From Selaginella moellendorffii (taxonomy: Eukaryota > Plantae > Lycopodiophyta): 64,000 bases of DNA. The translations under genes were made by a program, and so were the position numbers. Below the pieces are notes generated by a model, which was not told the DNA's origin, did not search any database, and saw only the letters and a program-made list of their open reading frames with translations. Shown piece after piece: positions 38,401-49,926 of the stretch (position 1 is the first letter of the stretch; every line of letters starts with the position of its first letter). The stretch is from contig NW_003314322.1 of the NCBI RefSeq assembly GCF_000143415.4, positions 683,430-747,429 of the forward strand, read 5' to 3'.

Positions 38401-39297
38401 CCACCATATGCGAAAACTTGAAGCTGTGTGATCTCTTTCTTGATCTCCTCCTTGACTGGAGCGCTTAAATGTGGCCACTCCCCTTTTAATTTCTAGGTAG
38501 TGCAGAAACAGCTCAGCGGTAACCCCACCAGGCCTTACGCCATACGAACTCTGTCTGTCTCTTATCCATGAATGAAAAGAAAAGAAAAGAAAAGAAAAGA
38601 AAAAAAGGAGGAAAAATTAGTAAAGAATCAAAAGAAAATGCCAGCCGAAATTCTCGAGAACAAGTTTTGGAAACAAATCCCGACGCCAACAACAAAAACT
38701 ATTCAGGCCGACAGCGATGGATAGATATATTGGATATATTATTAACCATACATTAGCACTACTCCTTGTAGCACGGAAGCACACAAGTCCCGTGGAATGA
38801 GAAGATTCACGGGAATGTACCGCAGCCTGGCATTTTGCAAGCGTAATCTTTGGGCCTGCAAATGGGGAATATGGGTCTTAGACTAAACAAGGGCAAACTT
38901 ACTGTGCGACCCGACCGCTTTCCAGCATTCCGGAAGTAGTAAAATGCCCACTCACCCGTCTCCACAACCCTAGAAACCAATTTTATATGGGAAAAAGGGG
39001 GGATGGCAGAGCGTGATCCCTATTTCCCAGCGATGTTGCACGAAGAAGCAGACAAAAGCTAGGAGGCACCCAAGAACGCGAAAAGTAAAGAAAGCCGCAG
39101 CTGCACCACCACCACCTTGCACAAAAAATCAGAAGCCGCCAGCGCGCCAGCCAGCGGAGATCTAACGCTAGATTCGAATGTGCCAGTCGCCGACTGTAAA
39201 AAATGTACATAATATTACTTGTTTTACTGCGCATGGAGAAAAACGTTACGCTCCAGCACATGATGCCATGTGGCATGGACAGCAAACGCTGCAGCCC

Positions 39298-39369
39298 GGG
39301 GTATTCCGAGAATCGAACTCGGGACCTCTCGCACCCGAAGCGAGAATCATACCACTAGACCAAATACCC
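39298..39369 (-). tRNA. tRNA-Pro(CGG)
   Basis: GGGTATTTGGTCTAGTGGTATGATTCTCGCTTCGGGTGCGAGAGGTCCCGAGTTCGATTCTCGGAATACCCC; 72 nt cloverleaf with A and B boxes. Confidence 0.97.
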
Positions 39370-39452
39370 ATTTCGTTGTTATTATCATTCAATTTATCAC
39401 AACCCTAAACCCTATAAACCCCACACTATCCACTATCTTACACAAACTTTTA

Positions 39453-39512
39453 GAACGAACGAACGAACGAACGAACGAGAGAGAAAACGAGAGAGAAACG
39501 AGAGAGAAAAAG
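39453..39512. repeat. (GAAC)n plus GA-rich microsatellite between SF3B1 and tRNA-Pro
   Basis: gaacgaacgaacgaacgaacgaacgagagagaaaacgagagag. Confidence 0.85.
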
Positions 39513-39522
39513 AGAAGCTCTT

Positions 39523-42500
39523 TCACACAAACATATGAAGCTCGGGCCGGCTGTAGATGTTCCTCTCGTCATCGTCGAGAATCGGATACGCCGCAACCAG
39601 CCCGTCCTGCGACCCGATGTAGAGCGAGTTGTAAATCTTCCAGTACACCTCGCGGACCTTCCTCGCCGGATGGAACAGCCCCTGGAGGCAGTAGCTCAGC
39701 ACGATCACTGGCCCCAGCGACACCCGCATCGCCTCGATCGCCTCCATCACCGCGTTGATTACGTGCGGCGACGTCTCGAAGATGTTCGGCCACACGTAGT
39801 TCATGAGATGGATGAGCGCGTCCTCGCACCCCAGCCCCGCCACCCCGAGCGCCATATGCTTCACCGCGGACGCCGCCGTCTGCCTGTGCACCAGGTCCCT
39901 GTCCATGAGCGCGTCCTCGAGCAGCGGCGTCACCGCGTAGATGTAGTCCTTCCCCATCTCGCCGATGTACTCGAACAGGAACGAGAGCGACTTGAGCACG
40001 CCGTTCTGGACGTTGAGCTCCGGCACCCGGTACTCGTTCATCAGCGCCGGCAGCACCGTGAAGGGCGAGCACGTCTCCGCCACGATGGCGATCGCCACCG
40101 TCGTGCACACCCGGTTCTGCCGCTCCTGCACCTTCAGATTGTTGAGCAGCGTCGCCAGCACGTCCTGCGGGCCGATCGCCTTGGCTATGTAGCCGAACGT
40201 GTTCACCGTCGCGCGCCGGATCCCCTTCTTGTGCGCCTTGAGCATCTCCAGCAGCTCGAAGCAGATGCGCATCCACTCGCGCGCCGGGACGTAGTCGGCG
40301 CCGCGGTCCGCGATCCGGCCAACCAGGTCGATGCAGTTCTCCTGGACCTTCTCGTGCCTGTTCTTGAGGATGGGAGTGAGCCGCGGTAGCAGGTCCTTGA
40401 TCGGGGGCGTCATCTTCGACATGCCGATCACGTTGACGATGGCTTTCAGCGCGCCCAATATGGAGCCCAGCACCTCCGGGTACTCCTCACCCAGGTACTC
40501 GTACAGCACCACGCCTAAGTGTCCCATGAGCTGCTCCTCGCCGCACTGCTTCATCACCACCGCGATCCGGGAGATCAAGTCCGCCGCCTGCTGCCGGACC
40601 TTTGCGCTCTTGTTGTTGAGCCGCCACTTGATCGTCCCGCATATCTGAGGCAAGTATGGCTTCGCGCGCTGGCCCATCGCGTTCACCACGGCTCCGAAAC
40701 CGTTGAGCATCACGTTCGCGTCGTCGCTCGTCTGCTCCTGGAATGCGTACAGGATCCCGTCCACCAGAAACTCCTCCAGCCGGGAGTCGATGTCCGAAGC
40801 CCCCAGATTGGACACCACCTTCTCGATCGTTTCCATAACCATCCGCCTGTACGGCTCGCTCTCGTCCTTGAGATCTTCCACCACCCTGCTCACGATGTCC
40901 GAGACACCAACTTTGTTGGCAATTTCCACGGTCGTGTCGACCAGCTGCCTGTAGTTTCTGCGGTCCAATGCCATCCTCCTGACCCAAAAGAACTTGAAGT
41001 ACTGCGGGAGTATCTCTGTCTTGATGTAGTCCGCCTCCACACCCTCGGTGCTCACGCACTGCTTCACCACCTTTAACACGATCTTCTTCATTTCTTCGTC
41101 AGGAGACTGGAATTCCCGGATCAGGATCACCATGACTTCTTTGGTGTAGTAGTTCGCATAGACTGCATCCATCAGCGGAATGATGAACCCAATGGCCTTC
41201 AAGAACGCAGCTAGAACCTTGCCCCTGTGATTCCTGATGCCCTTCCAGAGAGGCTTCAAAACCGAGTCGAAGCTTTCTATACCGTAAGGCGCGGCAGCCT
41301 CGGCCAGAGCAGCCAAGGAGAGCGCGGTAATAGTCTTCACCTTCTGATTCTCGTCGTTAAGACCGTGCTCGATGATCTCCACCAGTGACTTCAGGTGCGG
41401 CAGTACCGCACACCCCATGAGAATTGCAATCTGCTGCACGATCTTGATGCCCGTGTGCCGCGCTTGCCACGACTTTTTGCTCTGACACACCGCCTTGAGG
41501 AACAAGAGAAGAGCTGGGATACCAAGTGCCGAGGCCACAACACTGAACGCTCGAGCCGTAGTGTTTCTTACGTACTCATCGATGTTGTCAATGTCGGGCC
41601 TCATTGCAGCGATCATGGTAGCCAGCCCCGCCGCCTTGCTGAGATTCGAGATTATTTCTCGGCCTTCAACTCGAGCATAATAATCCTCGTCAATCAGCAG
41701 TGGCTCAATCACCACCAGGATCTTGTGCACGAACGGCCTGACCAGCTCGTCCAGTTTGTACAAGACCCTGTCGATGACTTTCACCAGAAGGTGGCGCTCC
41801 TGATCCTCAAGTGTGGGAGACATGAGCAGTGGCAAGATCTGGTTGAACAGTGGACCAGCCCCGAACTCCCGAGCCTTGTCCGTCAGCTGCCTCAAAGCCG
41901 TCTTCCTCTGCGGAGGAGTACCGTTCTTTACCTTAAGTAGGAGCTTCATGATCTTCCTCTCTTTGTTTTCTTCAGGTGACATCTCATGCTCCTCTTTCTC
42001 TTGCAGCAGAGCACTGAAGTACTGGTAGTCCTCGGGCTTGATAAATGGCAGGCCCTCCGGGGTTTCCTTCGGCACGTCGTACTGCTGGTTGCGATCCTCC
42101 TCCGGAATAGAGTACAAAGGCGTGCCACCCATTGGCGTCGGTGTCGCCAGCAACTTCCTCGCCGGAGTTCTAATAGGCACGTAGGACGCAGGAGCTTCGA
42201 GTACCTTGTACCCCTCGGTCGGAAGAATTGCGTCCAAGTCCTCGTCCGAAAGCGGTCGATTCCGCTCCTCAATGTCTCTCTCCCACCGATACATGTTGTA
42301 CTGCTCCGGAGTCATGGTTGCCGCTCGCAGAGCAATCTGTCCTGGAGTAGGAGTCGCAAGGTCGGCACCTCCCATCGGTGTGATCCCCGGAGTGTATCCC
42401 AGAGGTGTAGCTCCAAGGATTGAAGGAGCACTTCCAACAGGTGTCTCATCCCAGCGAGAACGCTGCTTCTTGGGAGTGGCGGCTCCCGGTACGCCTCCAA

Positions 42501-43332
42501 TGCTGGGTGTAGCATCCCACGCCACGCCAGGACCAGGCGTGACACCACCGCCAGGTCGAGGCGTCTCGTCCCACCGGTTCCGCCTTGGAGTTACAGGAGT
42601 CGCATCCGCGGACGCAGCTTTCCCCGGAGCAGGAGTCGCGTCCCAGCGGCTTGGAGCTGGGGTTGGAGCATCGGGAGCGTCCCACTCTGAGATCTTGGCC
42701 TTCTTTGACTCCTCCTCCTCCTTCGCTAAGTCCCATCTGTTCTTCCGCTTGGCAGCGGCAGCAGCAGCAGCAGCCGCGGACGACAGCTGCGCTTTCGTCG
42801 GAGCCTCGGAGGGCTCCTCTTTCACTTTCTTCTCCGTCTCCTCTTGCTTCTTCTTCGCGATTGCCCGGAGAGTCTCTTCCTTGTCCCGCTTGAGCTTCTC
42901 GTCCATCATCACCTCGGCATAAGTCCTGGTCGTGGGAGCTGGCGTCTTATCCCCCATGGCGAAGGCATCGTTCCTGTCCGGCGAGAGAGCTCTCTTAAAC
43001 CTCGACTTGCGGTAGTCATCCTCCCTCGCCGCGATGGGCTGCGGCTTCCTAAACCCCAGCTCCTCGTCTGTCACTTCTCCGCGTGGCATCTCCGCTAGCA
43101 CAGATTTGGGCGCGGTGTACGAGCTGAGCTGCCTACGCGATGCGCTAACCTGTTTCTCCCTCTCATTCCCGTCCTGATCCTCCTCCTCCTCGGTCGTGGC
43201 GATGGAATTCACATACTCCATCTTGTCCCCGTACAGATCATTGTCGAAACTTACAGCTGAGAGCGCGGCGAGCTCCTGCTGCTTCTGCCGCCGCTCCTCT
43301 TGCACGCGCTCGATGTCGTCGTCCAATGCCAT
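39523..43332 (-). CDS. SF3B1: Splicing factor 3B subunit 1 (SAP155), uninterrupted 1269-aa CDS; probable 53-nt 5'UTR intron at 43335-43387
   Basis: RWDETP ULM repeats, [28 protein letters not shown] repeats, C-terminal [21 protein letters not shown] intron ends 2 nt before the ATG. Confidence 0.98.
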   Translation of the reverse strand: MALDDDIERVQEERRQKQQELAALSAVSFDNDLYGDKMEYVNSIATTEEEEDQDGNEREKQVSASRRQLSSYTAPKSVLAEMPRGEVTDEELGFRKPQPIAAREDDYRKSRFKRALSPDRNDAFAMGDKTPAPTTRTYAEVMMDEKLKRDKEETLRAIAKKKQEETEKKVKEEPSEAPTKAQLSSAAAAAAAAAKRKNRWDLAKEEEESKKAKISEWDAPDAPTPAPSRWDATPAPGKAASADATPVTPRRNRWDETPRPGGGVTPGPGVAWDATPSIGGVPGAATPKKQRSRWDETPVGSAPSILGATPLGYTPGITPMGGADLATPTPGQIALRAATMTPEQYNMYRWERDIEERNRPLSDEDLDAILPTEGYKVLEAPASYVPIRTPARKLLATPTPMGGTPLYSIPEEDRNQQYDVPKETPEGLPFIKPEDYQYFSALLQEKEEHEMSPEENKERKIMKLLLKVKNGTPPQRKTALRQLTDKAREFGAGPLFNQILPLLMSPTLEDQERHLLVKVIDRVLYKLDELVRPFVHKILVVIEPLLIDEDYYARVEGREIISNLSKAAGLATMIAAMRPDIDNIDEYVRNTTARAFSVVASALGIPALLLFLKAVCQSKKSWQARHTGIKIVQQIAILMGCAVLPHLKSLVEIIEHGLNDENQKVKTITALSLAALAEAAAPYGIESFDSVLKPLWKGIRNHRGKVLAAFLKAIGFIIPLMDAVYANYYTKEVMVILIREFQSPDEEMKKIVLKVVKQCVSTEGVEADYIKTEILPQYFKFFWVRRMALDRRNYRQLVDTTVEIANKVGVSDIVSRVVEDLKDESEPYRRMVMETIEKVVSNLGASDIDSRLEEFLVDGILYAFQEQTSDDANVMLNGFGAVVNAMGQRAKPYLPQICGTIKWRLNNKSAKVRQQAADLISRIAVVMKQCGEEQLMGHLGVVLYEYLGEEYPEVLGSILGALKAIVNVIGMSKMTPPIKDLLPRLTPILKNRHEKVQENCIDLVGRIADRGADYVPAREWMRICFELLEMLKAHKKGIRRATVNTFGYIAKAIGPQDVLATLLNNLKVQERQNRVCTTVAIAIVAETCSPFTVLPALMNEYRVPELNVQNGVLKSLSFLFEYIGEMGKDYIYAVTPLLEDALMDRDLVHRQTAASAVKHMALGVAGLGCEDALIHLMNYVWPNIFETSPHVINAVMEAIEAMRVSLGPVIVLSYCLQGLFHPARKVREVYWKIYNSLYIGSQDGLVAAYPILDDDERNIYSRPELHMFV

Positions 43333-43519
43333 ATCTGGGAAGAATCCACACAGAGTGAAACCGCGCCAAGAGCGCCAAGAACCCTACCTGGAAATGCGAC
43401 GCCCTAAACTCCCCGGATACCCTAGCGCGCAAGGCCTATCTTTATAGTAGTCGAATGGACGGTTACGATCGTCTCACATACAACCAACGGCTGCTGACTC
43501 GCTTTCTTAGGAATATGCT

Positions 43520-46500
43520 ATGCTCGTGAGTGGCATTAGGGCAAATGCTCCGCCAAGGGGAGCGGCTATGCGCACGGGAGCGCCAGGTACTCCATTCTTT
43601 CACCACGGCTATGGTTCTAGCTCGGGAGGAACAGGCGGTCTGGTAGTCGTCGGCGTTGTCGGGAAGAATGAGGAGGATTTGTCGCAGCTGCTGGACAGGA
43701 TTTTGGATCAGCGGGTGTTTGGGGGGATCTCAGGCCATTTCTCGACGAATTCCGGGGCGTATGGCAGTAGATTAGATGCGTTTGGGCGGATTCCAGTCCC
43801 GGGCAGCGGCAGGGCGGAGGCTACTGCCGCCTCGAGATATGGGAGTTGGATGAAGAACAGGCTGCGGCACTACTGCGATGAGGAACGAGGGATTCTCTTC
43901 GTCTTGTTTCCGTGTGGATCGCTTCCAGTGGAGCTCCTCGCGGAGGAGGATTTCTCTGTGATGGGCTTGGCCTCTTTGCTCGAGCAGCATGAGATGTTTG
44001 GAGTTCGAGGACTTTTCTTCATGTTCTCGGTAAGTTTGCTTGCTGTGTTTTTGTTTTCTCGGGAGCTCTTAGCTCTTATTCTTTTTTTCCAGGTATGTCA
44101 CGTTGTTCTCTTGGTTCAAGAAGGAGCTAAGTTTGATCCACGGCTCTTGCGGCTCTTCCGAGTGTTACAAGCCGCAAAAGCAGCGATCAAGATGCCGCTA
44201 AAGGGAGCTCAAGCTCGGGGTTTTTACACAGGTAGCTCGCCTGTGAGGGGTGGTCGCCAGGCTTCCGGTTTTTCTCTCATGTCCGGGCTCTCACACGGTT
44301 TGTTCCCGGGGCAGTGTACTCCGGTTCTTCTCATCGTCTGCATAGACGACTTCTCGGAGTTTGAGACTTCGGACGCTACAGTTCGGCAGTCGAAACTTTC
44401 CACGGGGGTAAGACAGGTTGGGAAGCTAGAGCAGGGAACACGACGAAAGTTTCAATCTTCGGTGGAAGCTCAGGTCCGGTTCTTGGTAAAGAAGAGCCGA
44501 ACAATTCTTGGCTTTGGTGACTCTGGCTTAGGAGGTGGTATGGGACTTAGAGGCTCTGGCAATGTCATGGGAGCCGTTCCAGGTGGCGGTGGAGGTCCGG
44601 CACTCTTTACTATGGACCCGTCGAGGGTGGTGTTGTTTGTGGATCGCTTTTCGAATCGATGCTGCGATGCTTTAGAGGGTACTATTACCATCTTGGAAAA
44701 CATGATCAAGGGGATCCCAAACGCAGAAGGGGCTCTTTGGGAGAATACAAGTGGAGTCACCGAGGACATACAGGCCGTAAGAGATTTTATATGGAGACAG
44801 GCCGAGATTGTTAGAGGCAGGGGAGGTACTCAAGCAATGTCTGTGGGTGTTGGGATGGTAGCTGCTGCCGCTGCCGCTGCTGCTGCTTCCGCTGCTGCCG
44901 GTTCCATGGGTGGTGCACTGAGGCCAATCTCGAATCCTCCTGAACTTCCAACTTTGCAAAGCTGGCTGGCGGCGAGCAACACAATTCTCTCGTCGCTGCT
45001 GAAGTTTGAAGGAAAGGTGGAGGTTTCTCGACGTCAGAGCTGCCCTGGATCGGGAGTTGATGCTAGTGCCGGATCAGGTCTCAGACTTTTCAGTGAGGCA
45101 GACTTGGCGTGCATAGACTTAGCGTGTGCGGACACGAACACCAAGTTTTCAGCTTCTTGGTGCAAAAAGGCCATGCCTTCTGCTCGAGGAGTTTACTTGA
45201 AAGGACTGCCACCCTGCTATCCGACTGCTGTTCACAAGCACCAGTTGGACAAGGCTATCGGCGCCTTTAGAAGTATGGTGAGAGGCCCAGCAGTGAACGT
45301 GTTCTTGGAGAAGCTCAAACGAGAGTGTGAAGCCTTGTGGAAGTCGGGAAGGCAGTTGTGTGATGCCGTCAGCCTTACAGGGAGGCCGTGTACGCATCAA
45401 GTTCCAGAAAATGCCGAGAAGGAAGAAGTGCAAAGGCCTCACTCCAGCGGTTATGTGTTTCTCAGTGCCTGTGCCTGTGGAAGATCACGGAGGCTGCGAG
45501 AGGATCCTTTCGACTTTGACAGTGCAAACGTATCCTTCTTTCGGTTTCCAAACTGCGAGGACCTGCTACCGTCAGTGGTTCTGCCCCATCATTCGAAAGC
45601 ATCGGAAGGGTCTGCATGGAGCATACTGCGGTTGGGGAATGCAAAGTATTATCAACCATCGGCTGGTCTTCTGCAAGCTGGTTTTTGCGCCGATCAAAAC
45701 TATCTCTCTCACTACGACATGTCACTCCACTACAAGTCTGCTGCTGAGCCGGAAAAGACGTTGGAAGGCTCTAAAATTTCAAAGTCGTCGTCTGATCAGG
45801 GAACGGTGTCGAAGAAGCATTCCGAGGATCTGAAATTCAAGCCCGCGGAGAAGCAAAAGAATGCTGACGTGAAACTTGACTACAACGAAGAGTCTGCTTT
45901 TCCGCCACTTCCTCAGAAGAATGGTCCAAAGCCAACGAAACAAACTCCTAAGAAAGCACCCGTAAAAGCAATGGAGTCCAAGACCAACAAAAGCGAGCAG
46001 CCGAAGGAGATGGTAGAAAATGGTGGTTCTCCTTTGAAAACCATTGCTGCTGACGCGGGGGGCGCTCGTGCAACCAAAGAGGCCACGGACGTTGGTCTTT
46101 ACATCGGGTTTGAGCACGAGTGTCCTCACGGCCACAGATTCTTCCTATCAGTGGAGCACTTGCAGAAGCTTAGCCCTCCATACTCTCAGCAGGCTGGAGT
46201 TGAGAAGAAAGCAAGGCGGAACAAGCTGAGAGGCAACCGAGCAGCACATTTGGATCGAACTGTTCCCGCAAGAACATCGGACAGGCTGCAAGATGGTGTG
46301 TCTGGCTCGCTCATCGAGTTCAATGCTGCGATGGAGAACCTGAGCGTGGCCGAAGCTGGTGGTGACGGACGCGTGCTACTGAACTCGGACCTCCCGATCT
46401 ATATGGAATGTCCGCACTGCAAGGCGAACAGCAACAAAGAGAGCGACTTAAATTATGCTGGGACTGTTTCGCGCTTGCAGCGTATATTTCTGGTAAGTTT

Positions 46501-46880
46501 TCTTCTTGTTCTTGTAAAGACTTAGAGCTGCGGATTTTGTTTCAGGTAACCCCACCGTTTCCATTGCTCATGGCTTCGTGCCCTGTGGTGCAGTTTGATG
46601 TAAGTACTACTTTGCGTGTAAATTTTTTTCTGATGCGATTCTCGATTTTCTCTTCTAGGAAACGTCGACACCTAATGCTAAGTGTGCCATGCGTTTTAGC
46701 TTCAACTGCGAAGTGGTATTGCCACCAGACAGTTTTTTGAGCTTACGCCTGCCTTTTGTGTACTGCACAGAGAATGAGGATGGTTCTCTGTTGCCACTGC
46801 AGTACAAAGAGGATCACCCCGAGCTGAGCGCCTGGCTTGTCAAAGGCACCGTATTTTATGTCCTCTCCGGCAGGCAGTGA
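43520..46880 (+). CDS. SMG8: Nonsense-mediated decay factor SMG8, multi-exon
   Basis: VVVGVVG, LFFMFS|VCHVVLLVQEG, LWKSGRQLCDAVSLTGRPC, HSSGYVFLSACACGRSR..REDPFD, YIGFEHECPHGHRF, LQRIFL|VTPP, FLSLRLPFVY. Start 43520 or 43568. Confidence 0.9.
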
Positions 46881-47473
46881 CGACAAGAGACACGATTTCT
46901 TCCACTTCCACGATCCAGCTGCAGCAGACGTTATGTTTTCTCCCTCCAGTGATCACCACTTCAGCAAAAATCGTCATCGAGGTCTTTGCAAAGGGAAGCT
47001 CGCTGCCGCCAGTCTCGCTTCATCGAGGTCCATGGAAAATGGTAAGCTGCACGCATTCAATTTCGTCAAACTAAGACTGTTCCTTTTTGCAGGCTCTGTG
47101 AGAGACCTCTCCATCACTTCGGTTTCGTCCAAGCTCTTGGCTTCGCTGTTGATATGTATAGCTAAGGCAGACAAGGAAACGTCACAGCAAAGGTGGTACG
47201 TCTTTTCATTCCAGCGATCCTCTTGAAAATTGCATATAACCTTTGGAATTGCATTGCAGAGCTCGTTCAAAATCTTTCTTTCGCTCGAATCAACAGCGTC
47301 CCTGTTTCTAGTGCTGCTGCTACGCACGAAAAAACTGTTCTAGAGAAGAAAGTTCTAGCACGAACTCTCTCACTCCCAGAGAAAACTTTGGGGTATATTC
47401 TTCCTCCCTTAAGCGTACGGCGGAGATTGGCCGTGATGTCATGCATATGGTACTGGTCATGTGCGTCATGTGG

Positions 47474-47509
47474 GGCATGACGTGGCGTGTGGGGAGGGCA
47501 TGACGTGGC
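47474..47509 (+). promoter_or_regulatory. Duplicated GGGCATGACGTGGC element (ACGT-core bZIP site) upstream of Yippee
   Basis: Two identical 14-mers containing TGACGTGGC, about 22 bp apart. Confidence 0.5.
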
Positions 47510-48014
47510 ATGTCGGCATGGATGAGGGCCACGACAACACCATTCATCGGCATCGTCTTGGGCATTTTACATTCATCCGTTCCTCTCCCCAAAGCAGGCG
47601 TGCATTGTCCACGTTAGGGTTCCAGTGAGGCGCCTTGTTATTTCGAGCCCTGGGGCGATGAGCGCGGCGCGATCGACGAGCAAGGCAGCGGCGCGACGCG
47701 CTGGGATTGCGTCTTGCTTGATTGATTGATTGCCGTGCTCCCTTTCTCGATCCCGCGGGGATTTTGGTGTCTCTGGAAAGGGGGCTTTGGCTGAATTTGC
47801 GTTTCCCGGGGCGATTCCAGGCTTGGCACCTCCAATGCACAGATTCTGAGGTAAATTTCTTTCTCTCACTTCCATCATCACTTTGATTTTGTGTGTTCTT
47901 GCTTGCCCTTCCCTTTTGATTTGAGCTGGATGTCTGGATGGTTGTCTATCTTTCTTTGGATTGACGCCTTCTTCTCTTGGCCAGCGTTGATAGTAAGGGA
48001 TCCGATCGGCGGAC

Positions 48015-49247
48015 ATGGGAAGGCTGTGCCTGATAGAATTGGATGGGCGATTCTACAGCTGCCATTCTTGCCGGACACACCTCGCAAACTTCGATCAATT
48101 GATGTCAAAGGCATGCCATCCTATCCCTCGGTCTTCCTGCTTTCGTTACTCTTAAAATGTCTGATTAGAGGCCGTTTTCTCGTGTGCTGTGTTTTTATTT
48201 TTTTTCTTTCGCTTCTCCGCCCAGGCCTTTCACTGCCGACACGGAAAGGCTTATCTTTTCAACACAGTGTAAGTTCTCTCTCTCTCTCGCAACAAAGCAA
48301 ATTCCCCATTCTTTCTTCATCGCTTGGAGGTATGATGAATCTCCATTGGCCGCATTTCCTTTTGGCTGCGTCTATTAATCTCCTCGCGTGTTTTTGCAGC
48401 TTCTTAGACATGAATCATGGTAGTGTTTGATAGGAACTAACCAAAGCTCTTTCTTTTTGTAATGGAGCTGCTTGCGACGTGACAGACGCCCTGTCACGGG
48501 AATTTGCATTGGATGGGATGGAGTGTTTCTTCGTTCTACGATATGTCCTTTCAGAGGATTCGACGAAGGCATCATATATCATCGGCCAGGCCTTTGATAG
48601 CGAGTGGACACATGGATGGTGGAGAGAGGTACTCTTTGGTATTAATATTTACAGGGTCCTTCGGGCGAGAGAAGCTCAAAGCAGTGACAACATCTTAGAG
48701 CTAAGGCTGGATTTCTTTTTTCTCCCGGTAGCACTAGGACTGCATTGCATGGCTATGCTGCTGATTTCCCGATCTCGCTTTTTCTTTCTTTCACATCCTT
48801 TTTTTCCTTTTAGCACTGACGCGGCGTGTGTTTCTCTGTTCCCGCAGTGTTAATGTGTTTGAGGGACCATTGGAGGAGCGGATGATGACAACCGGTGTCC
48901 ACACTGTGGCTGACATTTACTGCAAGGGGTGCCAACAGAATGTTGGCTGGAAATACGTGAGTGGAATCCATCTATCACCATGCTTTTCTTCTTTTTCTCG
49001 TTCCTTGTTTCGTGCTTTGACTTGGTGCTATTGCTTTCGCAGGAATTCGCGCAGCACAAGGCCCAGAAGTACAAGGAAGGGAAGTTCATTTTAGAGAGGT
49101 AAATGCCGTCATTCAATGTTTTGTATGTGACATCAAGGATCTTGCTCGTTTGTTTGCAGAGGAAGAATTGTAGGTTGCGAGAAAGGCGATTTCTATCTGG
49201 AAACACAGGCGATTGGAAGTGACCCCGACGACGTACCGCTGGAATGA
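48015..49247 (+). CDS. Yippee-like zinc-binding protein; exons 48015-48110, 48225-48268, 48848-48956, 49043-49098, 49159-49247
   Basis: MGRLCLIELDGRFYSCHSCRTHLA...SK|AFHCRHGKAYLFNTV|VNV..GPLEERMMTTGVHTVADIYCKGC...GWKY|E...QKYKEGKFILER. Confidence 0.93.
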
Positions 49248-49926
49248 TATTGAATGGATGGCAGGGAAATAACAAAAGCAAAGCGAAGCAACGCAGAGGA
49301 AAGAAAAAAAAAAAAAAAAAAGAAGCAAGGACACAAACTTGACACTTGCAGCATTGTCTAGATTCTCCCTCACAATTGTTGTATAGCCTCCAAACTGTAA
49401 GAAAGATTCCCATTTAAAGTTCCTCGGATTAGGAGTAAACCTTCCTTTTCGCGAAGGAAAAGTTGGTGCTAGTTTTTGGAAGGTAGACACTACGTGAAGC
49501 ACCAAACCAGGCAAGAAATTCGTATCACGCGAAGAGACCATGCTTTTTCTTTCTTTGGTGGGCATCTTTGGAAGGAACGATGGTCGCCCGCCAACTTTCT
49601 CACTTACATTAAAATACTGCTCTTCTCCAGCTGCTTGACTTTGTCACAATGATATTTTTAAGAAACAAAAAAAAAAAAAAAAAACCGTAAAAAAGAGCGA
49701 AAAGAGTAAACGAAAGGAGGAAAACAAAAAAGGCTTCGTTAGCTACAACATAGAGCACTTGGGAAGCAAAACAGTGCCCGCCTGTATATAGCGTTACAAC
49801 AACAAGTCTCTCACTTTTGCCTGTGTTGCGTCACCTCCTCTTCTCACAATGTGTAAGAAAGAACTCGTCGTTCTTCGCTCGCTCGCCTCCATCAACTTTG
49901 GCAATTCGATCCTCTTCCGAAAGCGC

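Noticed and set aside
39240-39297. tRNA-snoRNA dicistron behind tRNA-Pro
   Set aside because: No box C (RTGATGA) or box D (CTGA) on the tRNA strand.
39535-42922. Long + strand ORFs (284, 185, 181, 238 aa) antisense to SF3B1
   Set aside because: Shadows of GC-rich codon usage in a highly conserved CDS; no independent motifs.
44030-44092. 63-nt in-frame, stop-free segment in the 1001-aa SMG8 ORF
   Set aside because: Has GTAAGT...TTCCAG and interrupts the FMFS|VCH motif, so it is an ordinary intron.
46837-47327. 129-aa (+) and 117-aa (-) ORFs after SMG8 as a separate gene
   Set aside because: No recognisable similarity; the splice signals fit a + strand 3'UTR better.
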